Source: the human T2T-CHM13v2.0 reference genome, Homo sapiens. Taken from it: a stretch of DNA of 64,000 nt. The stretch is taken from NCBI RefSeq assembly GCF_009914755.1, contig NC_060926.1. One strand, 5' to 3'. Position numbers and translations under genes: made by a program. Positions 45,753-59,378 of the stretch are shown here, one piece after another. The notes beneath the pieces were generated by a model that had not been told where the DNA came from, searched no databases, and saw nothing but the letters and a program-made list of their open reading frames with translations. How positions within the stretch are numbered: the first letter of the stretch is position 1; each line of letters opens with the position of its first letter.

Positions 45753-45928
45753 GATCCTAATCTGATATATATAATCCTAATCTGATATATATATATCCTA
45801 ATCTGATATATATATATTTTTATATATATATCCTAATCTGCTATATATATTATATATATATATATCCTAATCTGCTATATATATATTATATATATATATA
45901 TCCTAATCTGCTATATATATATATATAT
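45753..45928. repeat. Compound VNTR: six TCCTAATCTG cores separated by (TA)n spacers
   Basis: Cores at about 45755, 45775, 45796, 45831, 45865 and 45901. Confidence 0.95.
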
Positions 45929-46244
45929 CAACATGGGTTGATACTAAAACATGGTGGTGAGTAAGAAATGCTGGGAACAGAATAAAATGTATACCATAAT
46001 ACCATTTCTATAAATTGAAAATTTATATACATAGAAAACAACATTAAAATTTTATAAGAATAAGTATGTGTATAAGAACATGTATCAGATACATTTGGGT
46101 ACGTGTGGTGTGGAGGGGAGAAAATAGAAGTGTGGAAATGTGGAGTGGGGAGAGGAAATGAAATAATAAAGTTGGCAAAAAGCTTTTTACTAACTGACAA
46201 TATTCTGTGAACTGGAGAGTGGAATAAATTTAACTGTACCCCAG

Positions 46245-46625
46245 TGTACAGTCTGTTCTCACATGGCTATAAAGGAATACCTGAGACTGGCTAATTTATA
46301 AAGAAAAGAGGTTTAATTGGCTCAGAGTTCCACAGGCTGTACAGAAAACATGGCTGGGAGGCCACAGGAAACTTACAATCATGGCAGAAGGTGAAGGGGA
46401 AGCAGGCACATCTTACATGGCTGGAACCAGAGGAGAGAAGGGGGAGGTGCCACACACTTTTAAACAGCCAGGTCTCGCAAGAACTCACTCACTATCACGA
46501 GAAGAGCACCACAGGGTGAAATCCACCACCATGGCCAAATAACCTCCCACCAGGCCCCAACTCCAACACTGGAGATTACAATTTGACATGAGATTTGGGT
46601 GGGGCCACAGACCCCAATCATATCA
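46245..46625 (-). mobile_element. MSTA/THE1D-like MaLR solo LTR
   Basis: TG...TCA ends, 381 bp, perfect 5-bp TSD CCCAG. Confidence 0.9.
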
Positions 46626-46735
46626 CCCAGGTTAAGAAAAAAACCATAATGGCAAACTTTTAACCAAATTTAAAAATAAGGAGATTAGCAATGATCATAA
46701 AATGCACATTTGTTATTGAAAACTCATCGTCCATG

Positions 46736-46759
46736 TATATATATATATATATATATATA
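46736..46759. repeat. (TA)n microsatellite
   Basis: Directly visible. Confidence 0.9.
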
Positions 46760-47659
46760 CTTACAGAATTTTTCTTCTTTTGTGGATATTTCTTAGCTCA
46801 GTCACAAAACTGTGTTTATGGGCATTTGGGAGGAATTGAAGGTTGAGAGGGTTTTGCTCTGCTGTTGCTCAGAATGTAATATCCGATGAGGCTATCTGTG
46901 TGGCTATCAGCAACATTAGTCCTCTGGTGAATCAGAATGCTACGGGATATGGATTAGCATTTAAATGTAATGAAATCATACCCAATACTGCTGTGGATGA
47001 GAAGCTGAAGCTATTTATTCCTAGTCTCCAGCTCAGACTTGTATCATACCAATTGAGAATTTCTTCTTTATTCCTATGATTGTAACAGTGTCAGACACAC
47101 ATTTGACATTTTTTAAATATTGAAAGAATACTGGTTGAATGAATGAGTAAAAACAAAACAAAATAAATTATCCACCTTGCCTCAGTGAGACTTGAAAATG
47201 TGTAATGTATTAATGAAAATTCCACCAATAACATATGCAATAACTGCAAACCTTGGAAGACTTGAAAAAATATTTAATAAACAAATCTTCCTTTTCTTAG
47301 ATAAAGAAAAAAATTTTTTTTTGGTAGAAAGCATCTTGCACATCCCTTTATGGGGTCCATCTGTCCTCTTGTTTCATGACAGGCAACACACCAGATGATG
47401 GCTTAAGCTCAAGTACTACGACTGGAATTATTGGACTGAGGGAGAGATGTCAGCTAACCCAAGGATACAATGACAGAGAATAAGGAGAACAGTAGTGAGC
47501 AAACAAGGATTAGAAAAGTTCTTTCAAAGCTATTGAGCAGGAAGGGAATGTCATTCTTAGAATCAGGAGAGTGGGCCTGGGCACTCAACCTCAGCTAGGA
47601 GAAGGCTGCTGTACCTTCTCAATATCTAAGGTCAAATGGAACTTAGGCCAATGGAACGG

Positions 47660-47850
47660 GCATTTTCGAGTAAATCTATGGGCTAAGTGCTTTTCAGATG
47701 CTATCTTCTTTAATCCTTACAACATTATGAGGCGGCTAAGGCAGTTATTCCTGTCTTTATTTCAGATGGGATGGCTTAAGGCTCAGAGATCTTAAGTGTC
47801 TTGCCAAGGTCATGTCAGTGGTAGAAGTAAAATATGAACCCACAATTTTT
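47660..47850 (-). mobile_element. MIR element
   Basis: TTTAATCCTTACAACA...TTTTCAGATGGG...GGCTCAGAGA...CTTGCCAAGGTCA. Confidence 0.75.
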
Positions 47851-48156
47851 TGCTCCGAAGTACTGGCCATGCCCATAAAATAACAGTCTCTTTTTTAACC
47901 TAAACTGAGAGTGAAGGCAGATGAAGGAGAAAATATAAATGTATAATAGCTAGAAGAGAAAGATCTGAGTCCAAATGGGCTGGCCTCAGGTGATGGGAGC
48001 TTGAAAATATTCAGAAGTGATGATGCCATTAAATAATGCTTATTTCCTAAATTGCAGTAGCATTGGAATGTGTCTACTCTATGTGCCAAGAGCTATCTAC
48101 TTTTGCATAATTTTTAACATTTGCATATCATCAAAAACTTTTCATAGTGCCTGTTA

Positions 48157-48470
<314 letters not shown>

Positions 48471-48612
48471 CAATACAAGGTACACTGGTGGAATAGACAA
48501 GGGTCATGGGAAGACAGAGGCAAAGATGAGAGCTACAGAGTGGTTAGTAGAAGAAAATTTTAAGGAGATAGCGAGATTTAAGAAAGGACATAAAAATGAG
48601 AAAGGTTTAAAT

Positions 48613-49300
48613 CAGTGTTTCTCAAGTATGGTCAGAAGACCCCTGGGGGTTCCCAGAGACCATATCAAGAAGTCTGGGAGATCAAAACTATATTTATAAC
48701 AATTTAAGATTACCTTTCTCTCTGTGTTCACCTTTGTATTGATAGCACAAAATAATGTGGATAAAACTGCAATGGCACCATGCTGTGTAGGTAGTGTATA
48801 AGTTTTCTTCACTGTTTCACAGTCATAGTTTTAAAAGAAATGTAATTTCACTTGAGAAAATCCTTGGTGGAAAAGTAAAAGAATTTTATTAACTCTCAAC
48901 TCTCGAGAACAGATCTTTTCATACTGTATACTGTGTGATAAAGTGGGAAGTATACAAAAAGCACTTTTGCTATGTAATGAAGGATTGTCGTCTTGAGTTG
49001 TAAGCTGAAATAGCTGTTTTTTTTTTCTTGTATAACACCATATTTTTTTTCTTGAAAGAATGACAAACAAACAAACTATGGCTCTTCAGGCTTGGGTATT
49101 TGGCAGACATTTTCTGGAAAATGAAGAAAGTAATCCTTTCACTTAAAGGAAAACAACTGATAGTATTTGTTGCCAAAAAAAAAAAAAAAAAAACAACCGG
49201 GGGGAATACACATCCATTACCATAAGCTTGACAGCTTTCCAATACCAATACTTAGAGTTCCAATACTTAGAGCTTTCTGATGAGATAGGTAATGATATTA
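48613..49300 (+). mobile_element. Charlie1(a/b) hAT DNA transposon fragment
   Basis: CAGTGTTTCTCAA..TGGTC...GACCCCTGGGGG terminus and internal CTTGGGTATTTGGCAGACATTTTCT (transposase LGYLADIF). Confidence 0.8.
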
Positions 49301-49664
49301 ATTAATACTATATATGCGACATATATATATACACATATATATATATTCATATAGTATATAGCCTGTTGACTCTGGTTTCTTTCACTTAGCAAAATGCTTT
49401 TGAAATTCATTCACATTGTCGATTTTGTGGGTTGCTCTTTTTTTGGCTGGATAGCATTTCATTGTGTGGACATACCACAGTTTTCTCATGTGTTCATCAG
49501 TTAAGGATATCAGCATTGTTCCAGCTTGGGGCAATTATGAATAAACATTTACATACAGGTTTTTGTGTGAACATACATTTTCATTTCTTTTGGGTAAATA
49601 CCTAGGAGTTTCACTTTATAATATGGTTTAGATATTTGAAGAAGAAAAAGGAAATATTCTAGAT

Positions 49665-50182
49665 CAGGGGTCTGCAACTCCCGGGCCATGGACTAGTACC
49701 AGTCTGTGGCCTGTTAGGAACCAGGCTGCACAGCAGGAGGTGAGCAGCAGGCGAGTGAGTGAAGCTTCATCTGTATTTACAGCCGCTCCCCATCACTCAC
49801 ATTACCGCCTGGCTCTGCCTCCTGTCAGATCAGCAGTGGCATTAGATTCTCATAGGAGCATGAACCCTATTGTGAACTGTGCATGCGAGGGATCTAGGTT
49901 GTGCGCTCCTTATAGAATCTAATGCTTGATGACTGTCACTGTCTTCCATCACCCCCAGATGAGAACATCTAGTTGCAGGAAAACAAGCTTAGAGCTCTCA
50001 CTGATTCTACATTATGGTGAGTTGTATAATTATTTAATTATATATTATAATAATAATAGAAATAAAGTGCACAATAAATGTAATGTGCTTGAATCATACC
50101 CAAACCATCCTCACCCCCGGTTCTGTGGAAAATTGTCTTCCATGAAACTGGTCCCTGGTGCCCGAGAGGTTGGGAACGGCTG
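49665..50182 (+). mobile_element. MER1A hAT-Charlie element, full length
   Basis: CAGGGGT...GGTTGGGAACGGCTG ends, about 518 bp, with 8-bp TSD TTCTAGAT/TTCTAGAC. Confidence 0.92.
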
Positions 50183-51339
50183 TTCTAGACAGAGACAAAA
50201 TATAGGTAGGCTACTCTGCCATTTTGCTCCCATTTGTTCCCTTTATTTGGATATTTCATAGCTGAACTATCATCATCTCTATCTTAGTCCTCTCCTCCGC
50301 AAGTGCCCACCACTGATCAAGTAGACATGTAAGAGATGTTTTAACTACAATGCTGCCATGCTCATAAATGCAGGATTTTTCATAGAGATTCTGGGGCCTG
50401 GTAAATAAGCCAGTTTAATTGTTGCAAAAGCCTTGTGAAGTAGTGGGAGGTGATCCTGCTTTGGAGCCAGCTTGTTGAGAGCTCTGAGTGCGAAACTGAG
50501 GAAATAACTATTTCTTAATAATGGATTAGAATTAAAGATGCACCAGAAAGGATAAGTACTTCTTACTCTTGTTAACAAAGTCATCATTTAAAAATACACA
50601 TATAATTAATACTTACTATAGACAGTTTGAAAATTTAGAGTTAAAAAAAATCCTTTACCGAATAAACCACTGTTACATTTTGGTTATTTTCGTCTGATCA
50701 TTTTTTTTATCCTTATTTTTACATAATTGTGATCAGATTCTTGATATTATTTTACTCATTTTTCACTAATATTCTATTATAACAGTTTTCTTCTTATAAA
50801 AATCTTCAGAAACACAATATCCTGTCATATAGCTCTAACATAATTTACTTGGTCAGTTTTTGATTATTTCTTGGTAACTTCTTGAGAATTTGTGTTTTAA
50901 AGTTGTTTGTTTCTATTTTATTACTAGTATAAATAATGCTGTAGATGAACATCTTCCTTTGTAAAACATTTTTTTAATTGGATTATTTCTTTCTTCATAT
51001 TCCCAATGACAAAAATCACACTTGAAGCTTCAAAAAAAGTATAAAATTATGAAGAGTAATGTCTTCAATGACCCTGGGAAAAGTTTAATTTTCTTTCTCT
51101 TTTCCCTGAGTTTAGTAGCATTGGACACCTATCATCTGTGGATTTCTGCAGGCTTGGAAAGAAAGGGTTCAAAACAAATGTAGCCTGAGGTTCAGATTTT
51201 GAGTATCCACTTAAGCAAATATTGATTGCCTATTCTACCCAGCATCGTGCTAGGCACTGGGATGTTATGGGTCATAAAAGTAGCTGGTACCTAGTGAGGA
51301 GCCAGACCTTCTCAGGGCTATGCAGAGATGGTGTTATTT

Positions 51340-51500
51340 CATCGTCACACCAAGCTATCATGCATGTAGTATTGTTAACCCCACTTTATAGATGAAACAG
51401 AGGCACAGAGAGATGAACTGACTTGTCCAAGTCCATGTAGTTTGTAAGTGGCAGGGCCAGGATTTCAACCCAGCATGGTTGCACTACACTATTCTTCCCT
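51340..51500 (-). mobile_element. MIR element
   Basis: CCCACTTTATAGATGAAACAGAGGCACAGAGAG...GTAAGTGGCAGGGCCAGGATTTCAACCCAG. Confidence 0.85.
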
Positions 51501-51879
51501 CAAGAAAACTTGTGGTCAGAGGAAGAAAAGGTCCACAGCATCTGGTGTTCCAGGGAATCTCTTCCCTGCCGGGGCTTACATTCCAAGAGCAGGTCTATGC
51601 CGGGCATAAGAGACCAATGGTCCCTGCACTTAAGCTGCTAATACTGGAGGAATCTCAGTACTGATTACACCATCAGGGTGCTTCTATATAAAGTAAATTA
51701 AACAAATCCTGGTCACTGGAATGTTTTGCTGGTAACATTTATGTGCAATACTTTTAAACATACTTATGCTTTTAAAACACACCCACAGGAAAGCAATGAA
51801 GTCTGAAGTGCAGACAAAAGGTGAAGAAAACCTGCATTCTTAAGGAAAAAAAAAAAGGTTAGACTGGACCTGACCACCA

Positions 51880-52120
51880 TTTTCCAAATGGTTTTTGTGT
51901 AAGAGTTTCATAAGTTGGCCAAGTTTAAGGCATTCTGCATTCTTAACCTTCCTTTTAGAGATTCACTATGCAAATTAATTAATTTAAGGCTCTGAGAAGT
52001 CCTGCAGTGAAGCAACCTGTTCAAATTTATTTGGTCTGGAATTTTTCAAACTTATTTATGCCCAGGACATTTTTCTCAAATGACCCCTATTTGTAACCCA
52101 CACACTCAGGGGAAAATGTT
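51880..52120. mobile_element. hAT-Charlie fragment (Charlie4/MER112-like)
   Basis: AGAGATTCAC.ATGCA...AAGGCTCTGAGAAGTCCTGCAGT...CAAACTTATTT. Confidence 0.6.
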
Positions 52121-55100
52121 GGACCAGACTTAGTGCTGATTGGATAGGAATTCTCCTCAAGTTGCTTCTGAGAACAGAAGCCATAGACCATTAGTTGGAG
52201 GGGTCCTACAAGTGGTGGAGGAAGCTGGCAGGACTCTGGTGGCGCTGTTTTTTCTCCTTCATCATATCTCACCAATGGGATAAAACAGAGTAGTGAAACA
52301 TGACAATTCCCACCGAACAGGCTGATTCTCACATTCTGTCTCATTTCCCTTATGCTTTTGAAAACTCTGGAGGCCAAAGGGAGCCGTACTTACAAAGCAG
52401 TGGAAGGCCCCTTTTCCACATTTCATATGACGCCTGGTTCGAGTGTGTTGTGTTACAGGGAACACCTGCTGTCTATTCTGTGGCCTGGGCTGTTCAGCCA
52501 ACTGGCCCAGCTGGTCCGCTCTCCCAGCCCAGCCATTTCAGGGTAGTGTGATGAAGGCTTTGACTCAGCCTCCAAACTGTCTTCTACCTTCTCCCAGCCC
52601 CCTCTGGCTATTGTGTGGATGGAGGTGGTGATTGAATTAACAAAGCTGTTAAAAGCCAAAAGGAACACATGGAAAAGGAACCTGAGCCCCCAACAGCAGC
52701 TTCATTTGCTCTCTACTCTGGAGCAAATATGTGAGCTGCACTTAGATGGTACCTGGTGATTATAGAATTAGCGGGGCTTTGCTCCTCAATGCCTGTCACT
52801 CACTGTCATTGAAAAGAGGTCTGAACCAGGGGAGCTGCTGAGAAGCTAGGGACAATCCCCAGCCCTGTAATGATGAGACTAATTCCAAAAAGGTCAGAAC
52901 TCCTTAATTAAACATTAATCAACCATTTTGTAAATGATGATCATTCCATCCAGGGTGGGAGGAAGAACAGTCTGAAGGCCAAGGGCAGTAGCCCTGAGTC
53001 CTCTTGAAGCCGAATAGGTTCTGAGGATAAGTGTCGGTAAAAGCAAGTACCTTTACCTTCCTTTACTTAGGAGGAAGAAAATCAGGAGTAGGAGGGTTTT
53101 TTTTTATGCTTTTCAGTACAAAATAACATCATTTTCTATGACTTTCCTTTTACCTGGAATAACCATGTTAGAGGGCCAGTTACAGGATGATAGTCCAAAC
53201 CTGCAGACATTTCTCCCCCCTTACCCTTTCTAAGTGCATGCCTTTATAACAATACTTGACTTTGCAGAGCCCACTTCAGTTTATAAAACACTTTAGTTTT
53301 GCATCGTTGTATCTGCTCCTTACAGCAACTTCATAAAACAGGTTTAACCCATTATTGAGATGAGCAAACTGAGACTCAGAGACATTCAATTTCTTTCCTT
53401 TGGCTGGTCAGTAGCAGAGGGAATACTCACACCAAAATTTTTTAGTCCAAAATGCAGTGCTCCTTGCACATACTATGTTTTCTATGAGAGTAGATCTCGG
53501 GCTCCTGAACCATCAGGGCCTCTTAGTCAGTAATCAGGGCTTCGTCATCCTGCTTCCTCCAGCTCCACTCCGCCGTGACTTTTACTCTCTAGGGTTCTTC
53601 ATTGCAGATCTCCCAGTTACAAATAAATAAAACAAACCCACAAAAAAACCAATACCCTCTGAAATTTCAGAGACTTTAGAAATACATTAAAAGACACACA
53701 TAGACACACGGGGTTCTTTTCATATGGAAAAGTATGCATATGTAGGGATTAGTCTGCATGAAAAAGAATATCTTATTCACTGGATCACTTAAGTCTCATT
53801 ATGCTTTTTTTATAAAGGCTTTGAACCATCTTTGGCATGTATTAATTTTTTTAAAGCATTGCTGATGAGCTGAAATCAAGCTGATGGTAAATTTATAGAA
53901 GCTTTCATTATGCAACTGGTCTTGGTCATCCTTCTGGGCAAAGTGGATTTCTTTGTAGTCCTGCATTGTGTGCACCACCAGTCTGCAAACTCCAGGCAGG
54001 ACACGTTGGCAACAGCCTCCTCTTCCAATCCTCATTTTCTCTCCTTCCTGGGGTGTGAGCTCCCCAAGGTGTGATTAATCCATCTATTGATCGCCTCCTG
54101 CCATAGCGAGGGTGAGATATGGCTAGCAATTGGTGCCAGGCTGCCTATGTGACTGGACTGCTAAGCCGAGGTGAGAACAGACAAGTGCTAGCCGGTGCTT
54201 TTCAACCCTGCCGACAGGGAGGGGGCAATAATAGCCACGCTTCCCACACGCCTTGCTAAATGATCCCTCTCATCAAAATGCAGCTGATTCCTTTTCAAAT
54301 GAATTATAATGTATATTCCCTGCTCTCTCAATTGGCTTCACAAAAGTCCAATAAAAGTTTATGGGCAAAGGGAAAGAAGATGAAAAGAAGAGTAAGAAGA
54401 CAGAAACCTCCTGGAAATAAAGCCAAACAAGAATGTACTGTTTTGATTAAAGCATTCCAGGCAGATAGAATGGATGACCAAAAGCATACCAGCAGAGGGG
54501 ATTAGAAGAATAAGACAGAATTTACCTTAATATTCAGAGGCACCGTGGTGAAGATAAGCTGAGGGAATAAAGACTAGAGAGAAAACCTACCTGCAAATGA
54601 GGACGGTACATTGAGAAATATGGGCACTATACTCATTCCCAAGGCTAGTTTTGGCCAGTAAACTGAGGAACAAAAATTAGGCCAAGCAAGAATTGGGAAC
54701 ACTTTTTTTCCTCTCCTCTTCTGCCCAAGAGAAGGTCAAGCATGCCTACCCTTGGCTGTAGATGCCACATTTTCTTTCATTCTGCCACATATGTTTAAAA
54801 GAATCTCTCATCCACAGAATCAGGCCACTCTCTTCATTTCAGGAATTTCTACCATATGCAGGAGGTCACCTGGGATTATGGAGGACCTTCCATTTCTTGT
54901 GGAATTGATTTTCAATGCACCAGCCAGAACACAAGCAAGTTGAAAAGTTGATCAGCTGTCTAAAACCTAGTGCCCTTCTGCATTAGGGAGAGTGGCAGTG
55001 AAAATTCAAAGACAGTGAGACCCTCCGCGTACTAGCTCCCACATCTGACTCATGTTGATTTTCCTGCTTGTCTGTTCCAGATGTGCACAAAGCCCAAGGA

Positions 55101-55249
55101 ACATCTACAGACATTTGGGAGAGACAGAATTTGTAGTTTGCAAGGAAACAGACAATTAGAATATGGTAATTTGGTAGGACCAAAATTGTACAGTAAGATC
55201 TTTAGCTTGGGATGAGGTAGGGGCTGAACCCGGTCACAGAATCCAGACC

Positions 55250-55475
55250 TGGTGACTCTTTTTCAAGGTTCCTGGAAGAATGATGGATGAACTGAAATCT
55301 GAAGGATGGAGAGAAGTTTGCCGTGTTACAAAGGAGGCAAGTGGAAGAGAAATAAGAGAGTGGGTGGAGAAGACCTGAGATGATTCTACAAGGAGGGACT
55401 GTCATCACACAGACCTAGAGGTGAGAGAAAGCAGGGCATATTCAGGTAACTATAAACTATCAAACATGACCAGAG

Positions 55476-55513
<38 letters not shown>

Positions 55514-55790
55514 CAGCTACAAGCCCTGGGGCTGAAGAATCAAATCAGGGCCTCGTAGGAAGTATTAAAGTGTTTGGACTTAATTCTGAGGGCAATCGCA
55601 GAGCCACAGAAGAATTTAAATAGGGCAGTGATGTGATCAGTGTTGAGGGTGTAGAGAATGGATTAGGAAGGGGTCATTTTGAAAGCAGGGAGACCCATTA
55701 GGAAAGGATCGCCCTAAACCAGGTGGCCTGTCTCAGGGTAACAGTGCGGATGGGGTGAAAGTAAGAAAGGAAGCCAAGATGATTTCCAGG
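55250..55790 (-). mobile_element. L2 fragment containing a (TG)16 microsatellite (55478-55509)
   Basis: GGACTTAATTCTGAGGGCAAT..GAGCCAC...GTGATGTGATCAG...AGCAGGGAGACC. Confidence 0.7.
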
Positions 55791-56329
55791 GAGAAACCAA
55801 GTCCATTGAGAATTTATATAGAGAATATATATTTTATTATAAATGGGTTCCAGGAAGAGCCCAATACTTCATAGAGGTCCAAGAAATTGTTACCGAAAAA
55901 GGTTAAGTAAACACTTACTCTTTCTTATCCTTATTGTGGGAGTTCCACAATTCCAGGAGATAAGAAAACAACAGATATGCTAGGTTTATATTCCACTTGG
56001 AAAATAGTCCCAGAGCATAGAAGGAAAAGCTCTGTAAAATCCAAAAGGAAAATGGACCTATGAGCCACGTGCAAAGAACTGGTCATGCCAGACTGACTCA
56101 AATAAAGTTATTTCAGTAGTGGTGTTCTCCCAACCACCAGGCAATGAAGGCAAAGTTGCATGTACTTGGAGATGAGCAAACCATTTCCCTCAAAACCAGT
56201 GTTTCAATATTTTGCTTGGCATCAAAATCCAATTGGATTGGAGAAGAATGTGGTTTGGAAATAGGCTGAGAATTAATAATTGAAATTGTCCATGAGAAAT
56301 GCCAGTGTTTTCAAATATGGGGCATGGTC

Positions 56330-56720
56330 TCTGATAGAAATATTATTTCTTAGTGTCTTTATTCATAAATTGAGAAGAGGAATTTACTTATTGATGCAAA
56401 TTGCAGATGCTTCTAAATTAGGCAGCATTGTCAACACCTGACAGAACACAATGTCCCCAAAGAGGTTAGAAATGAGGGGCAGGAAATAATAAAACTAGGT
56501 TAAATTTGGCTAGATGGAAACTACATCTGGGGAAAAATAATTCAAAAAGCAGATATTCATTGGGCCAAAGAAATCTGGACCACACTGGTGCCAGAGGAGA
56601 CCCAGGTGCAATACCGGATGGCAAATTAGGTAGGAGTCTAAAATATGCTAGGGCAACCCAAAACCCATTCAATCCTGGCCTGCCTTATCTGATAAAGAAA
56701 CCTCATCCTATCAAAGGAAA
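56330..56720 (+). mobile_element. CR1/L3 LINE reverse-transcriptase remnant
   Basis: TTGCAGATGCTTCTAAATTAGG resembles FADDTKLG. The ORF LHLGKNNSKSRYSLG...DPGAIPDGKL resembles CR1 LHLGxNNxxxxYxLG...DLGVxxDxKL. Confidence 0.75.
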
Positions 56721-58197
56721 AGATCTGGCCTGCCTCAGCCTTCCCTGTTTGCAGGCCATTCAAAAAAGAAATTTAATCCACTCATTGCCTTGGTTTTAGT
56801 TATTCAGATAAAATAAAAATCATCTACTGGAACTATAAGACTTCTATCATTATATCAAGTTCATAGTCAATGGTTTTTAGCTAAAGAAATAAAGCCACAG
56901 GGACTTGCATATAGAAGCTTCATTTATAGTAGCTTAAGAGGTGTCACTGCTGTTCTTTCATTATTCTCCCATCATTGTCTCATTCGAACAGTCTTCCAGG
57001 TAAGTGGCCAGCAAGTCGTATGGTCTGTCTCTGTTTTACATATTAAGCAGCTGGGGCATTGTTGCCAAGGGCATTCAAGAATGCCAGTCACTGGTCTCTC
57101 TGGTGCTTTGTTCATTACAAGGACATCCTTCTTCTAATTGATTTCAGTTTTTGAGAGGCTTTAAAGGGAATTAGAGAGTTGTCATCAATGCCACCACAGG
57201 TCTAAGGGGCATTTTTGGATGACTCAATGGGCAGGTTAGTATGCAGCTTAAGGCACCAATGTTTAAAACTTAATTGGTATATAAATAATCTTCATGGTAA
57301 ACATCAGAACTTTGCTAGACACTCTTAGTTTAAGTTTCATTATTAAGACTATTTTGAGTTATAAAAGAAAATATGGATGGGAAATAATCATCATAATTTC
57401 AATGCTAAAGATTTTTTAAGGCCTATATACAGTCTACCTGTATGCAGAAACCTTGAAAAAAAGGAAGGCAGAAGATAGAAGTAAATGCTATCATTGCAAA
57501 GAAAATTATTTCGTTCTTTCCTCAGTGTACTTCTATGATTTATCAAGCACACTTGGAGGATGTAAATGCTTCTAGAGCAAAATCACATGATTTTACCCAA
57601 CTGTAATGGCTCAATTTTAAACAAACCTAGTGGCCATGTACATGCCTGGGCAGAGCCAAGGGCCGTTACGAATGTGCATGCTCAGAAGCTCTTCCCAGAA
57701 CTATGATTGCATTTTGACCTTGACTAGAGTCCCAGTACTGTGGTTTAGTGGGGCTTTGTTTACTGTCAGATTCATTTCAGTCCCATGGTCTGAGTGACCA
57801 CTCATTATTGCAATTAAAGTAAGGGATAGTTTGTGATTTGGGTTTTAGTAAGGGATGGTAAATTTTATAGTGTATATAATTTGGAACATGTCTGTGTTTC
57901 AGCCCATATGTGGCTATCTGCCCGGGTGCTTATTATTATGCTTATCTACAAATGACCAGATGGCCTTGCCCAAATGTAGAGAACCATTTAGTGCCATTTT
58001 AAACCATTAAGGCTATTAAACCTGACAGGAGATAATCCTGTGCCCAAAGGGAACTAGTTTTGCTGTCCTTCAAAGTCATCAAATGTAATTAAATGCCATA
58101 TTGAGGAGTAGGCATTAATGGATTAAGGGGACAGGACTGTCAACCAGTTCTGGGTCAACCAAGGCAGAGGGAATATAGGAATAGCTCAGAAAGAGAG

Positions 58198-58721
58198 GTA
58201 TATTAGGTAAAGTACTGGCTAAGCTGCTGTAACAAAAAATACCCAAAATATTATGTCTCAAAAAAAGATAGTTTATTTCCCTCTAAGACAAAACAAAACA
58301 AAACAAAACAAAACAGAGGTAGGGGAAAGGCTCAAGACAGGCAGCTCTGTATCTTAAGATCAACCGGAGACCCATATGCCTTCTATCTCATTGCTCTGAC
58401 ATCCATTATAGTATTTTCCTCACCCTCATGGTTGAAGCTATCTCACCAACACATCTGTATTCCAGTCATCTTTAAGGAGAAAAGAGAAAAAAAGGAGGGC
58501 AAGCTAATGTATTTTGAGGAATTGATGGTAATATTGTACACATCACTTCTGTTTACAATTCCACTGGTTAAGAACTTATTTGATCATCACTAGCTGCAGG
58601 GGACACTGGAAAACATAGTCACCAATTGGATGGCCATGTGTTCTGCTCAACTCATAGTGGGGATGTTATACTTCTCAAAGGAAGGATGAGAGAATGATGC
58701 TGAAGTTGTGTCTCTGCCACA
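58198..58721 (-). mobile_element. MLT1J-like MaLR LTR containing (CAAAA)n
   Basis: CTAAGCTGCTGTAACAAA...CATCACTTCTG...CTGCAGGGGACACTGGAAAA...TCTCTGCCACA. Confidence 0.65.
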
Positions 58722-58931
58722 GTTTTGTTCTAGAATATATAAAAACCAGAGATAAGAATCGGGCAACTACCATTTTAAGGAGTAAGGAGGTCTGAGAAAT
58801 CCCACAGCTGAGAAAAGATGGCGGCTGGTCAATGCCATGCAAGTGGGACCAGAGAGTATACTACATCCTAGAAACTGAAAGATGCCTTGTGTACATTAAA
58901 CCACTTAATTTTTACAGCAACTCTATAAATA

Positions 58932-59310
58932 GTGTATTTGTACAGATCCTCCAAGAAGAAGACACCAACACAGGATTAAACATGAAAGAAACTTATTAGG
59001 GGAAGTGTCCGTGAGAGAAAATTGAGACTGGAGTCAGAGGAGTGTGGGGGAGTAGATCTTACACTGAGTGAAGGAGAGAAGGTAGCAAAGAATGAAGCAA
59101 CAAAGTTCTAAGGAGAGCTTGGAAAGGCCATCAGGGAGTTAGTTTTCATGTCAGGTTCCCCAATCAGAGACCCACATCTTCTGTGTCTTATCTTAGGCCT
59201 TAGACACCTACATCCTGCAAGTCTCAGTTATAGGTTGAGAGAAGTCCATGTGAAGTGTGGCTTCAGTGTGAAGGTGGTGAACAAGTTCAGAGAGCAGCAG
59301 CTGGGGCCAC
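58932..59310 (-). mobile_element. LTR16-like ERVL LTR
   Basis: TCCTCCAAGAAGAAGACACCAACACAGGATTA...TTATTAGGGGAA motif. Confidence 0.5.
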
Positions 59311-59378
59311 AGGTCAATTATGCTCTCTGCATAAGAGATCTGAATGGCATATTTTTTCATGTCTATCACAGCAAGGAT

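Larger units (their letters stand above)
44230..46200 (+). mobile_element. Old L1M (MC/ME-like) ORF2 and 3' fragments, interrupted by an Alu and a VNTR
   Basis: ATAGATGCAAAGATCTTAAATAAAAT, CACCACATTAATAGA, AAAAACCTACA, TAAATTGGTACAGCCACT. Confidence 0.7.

Noticed and set aside
45753-45928. Repeat-spacer pattern resembling a CRISPR array
   Set aside because: The core is only 10 bp, the spacers are (TA)n rather than unique, the context is eukaryotic and there are no cas genes.
52228-52247. Weak CTCF-like sequences (also ~4625, ~13290, ~32865, ~54490)
   Set aside because: Each has two or more mismatches in the core, as expected by chance.
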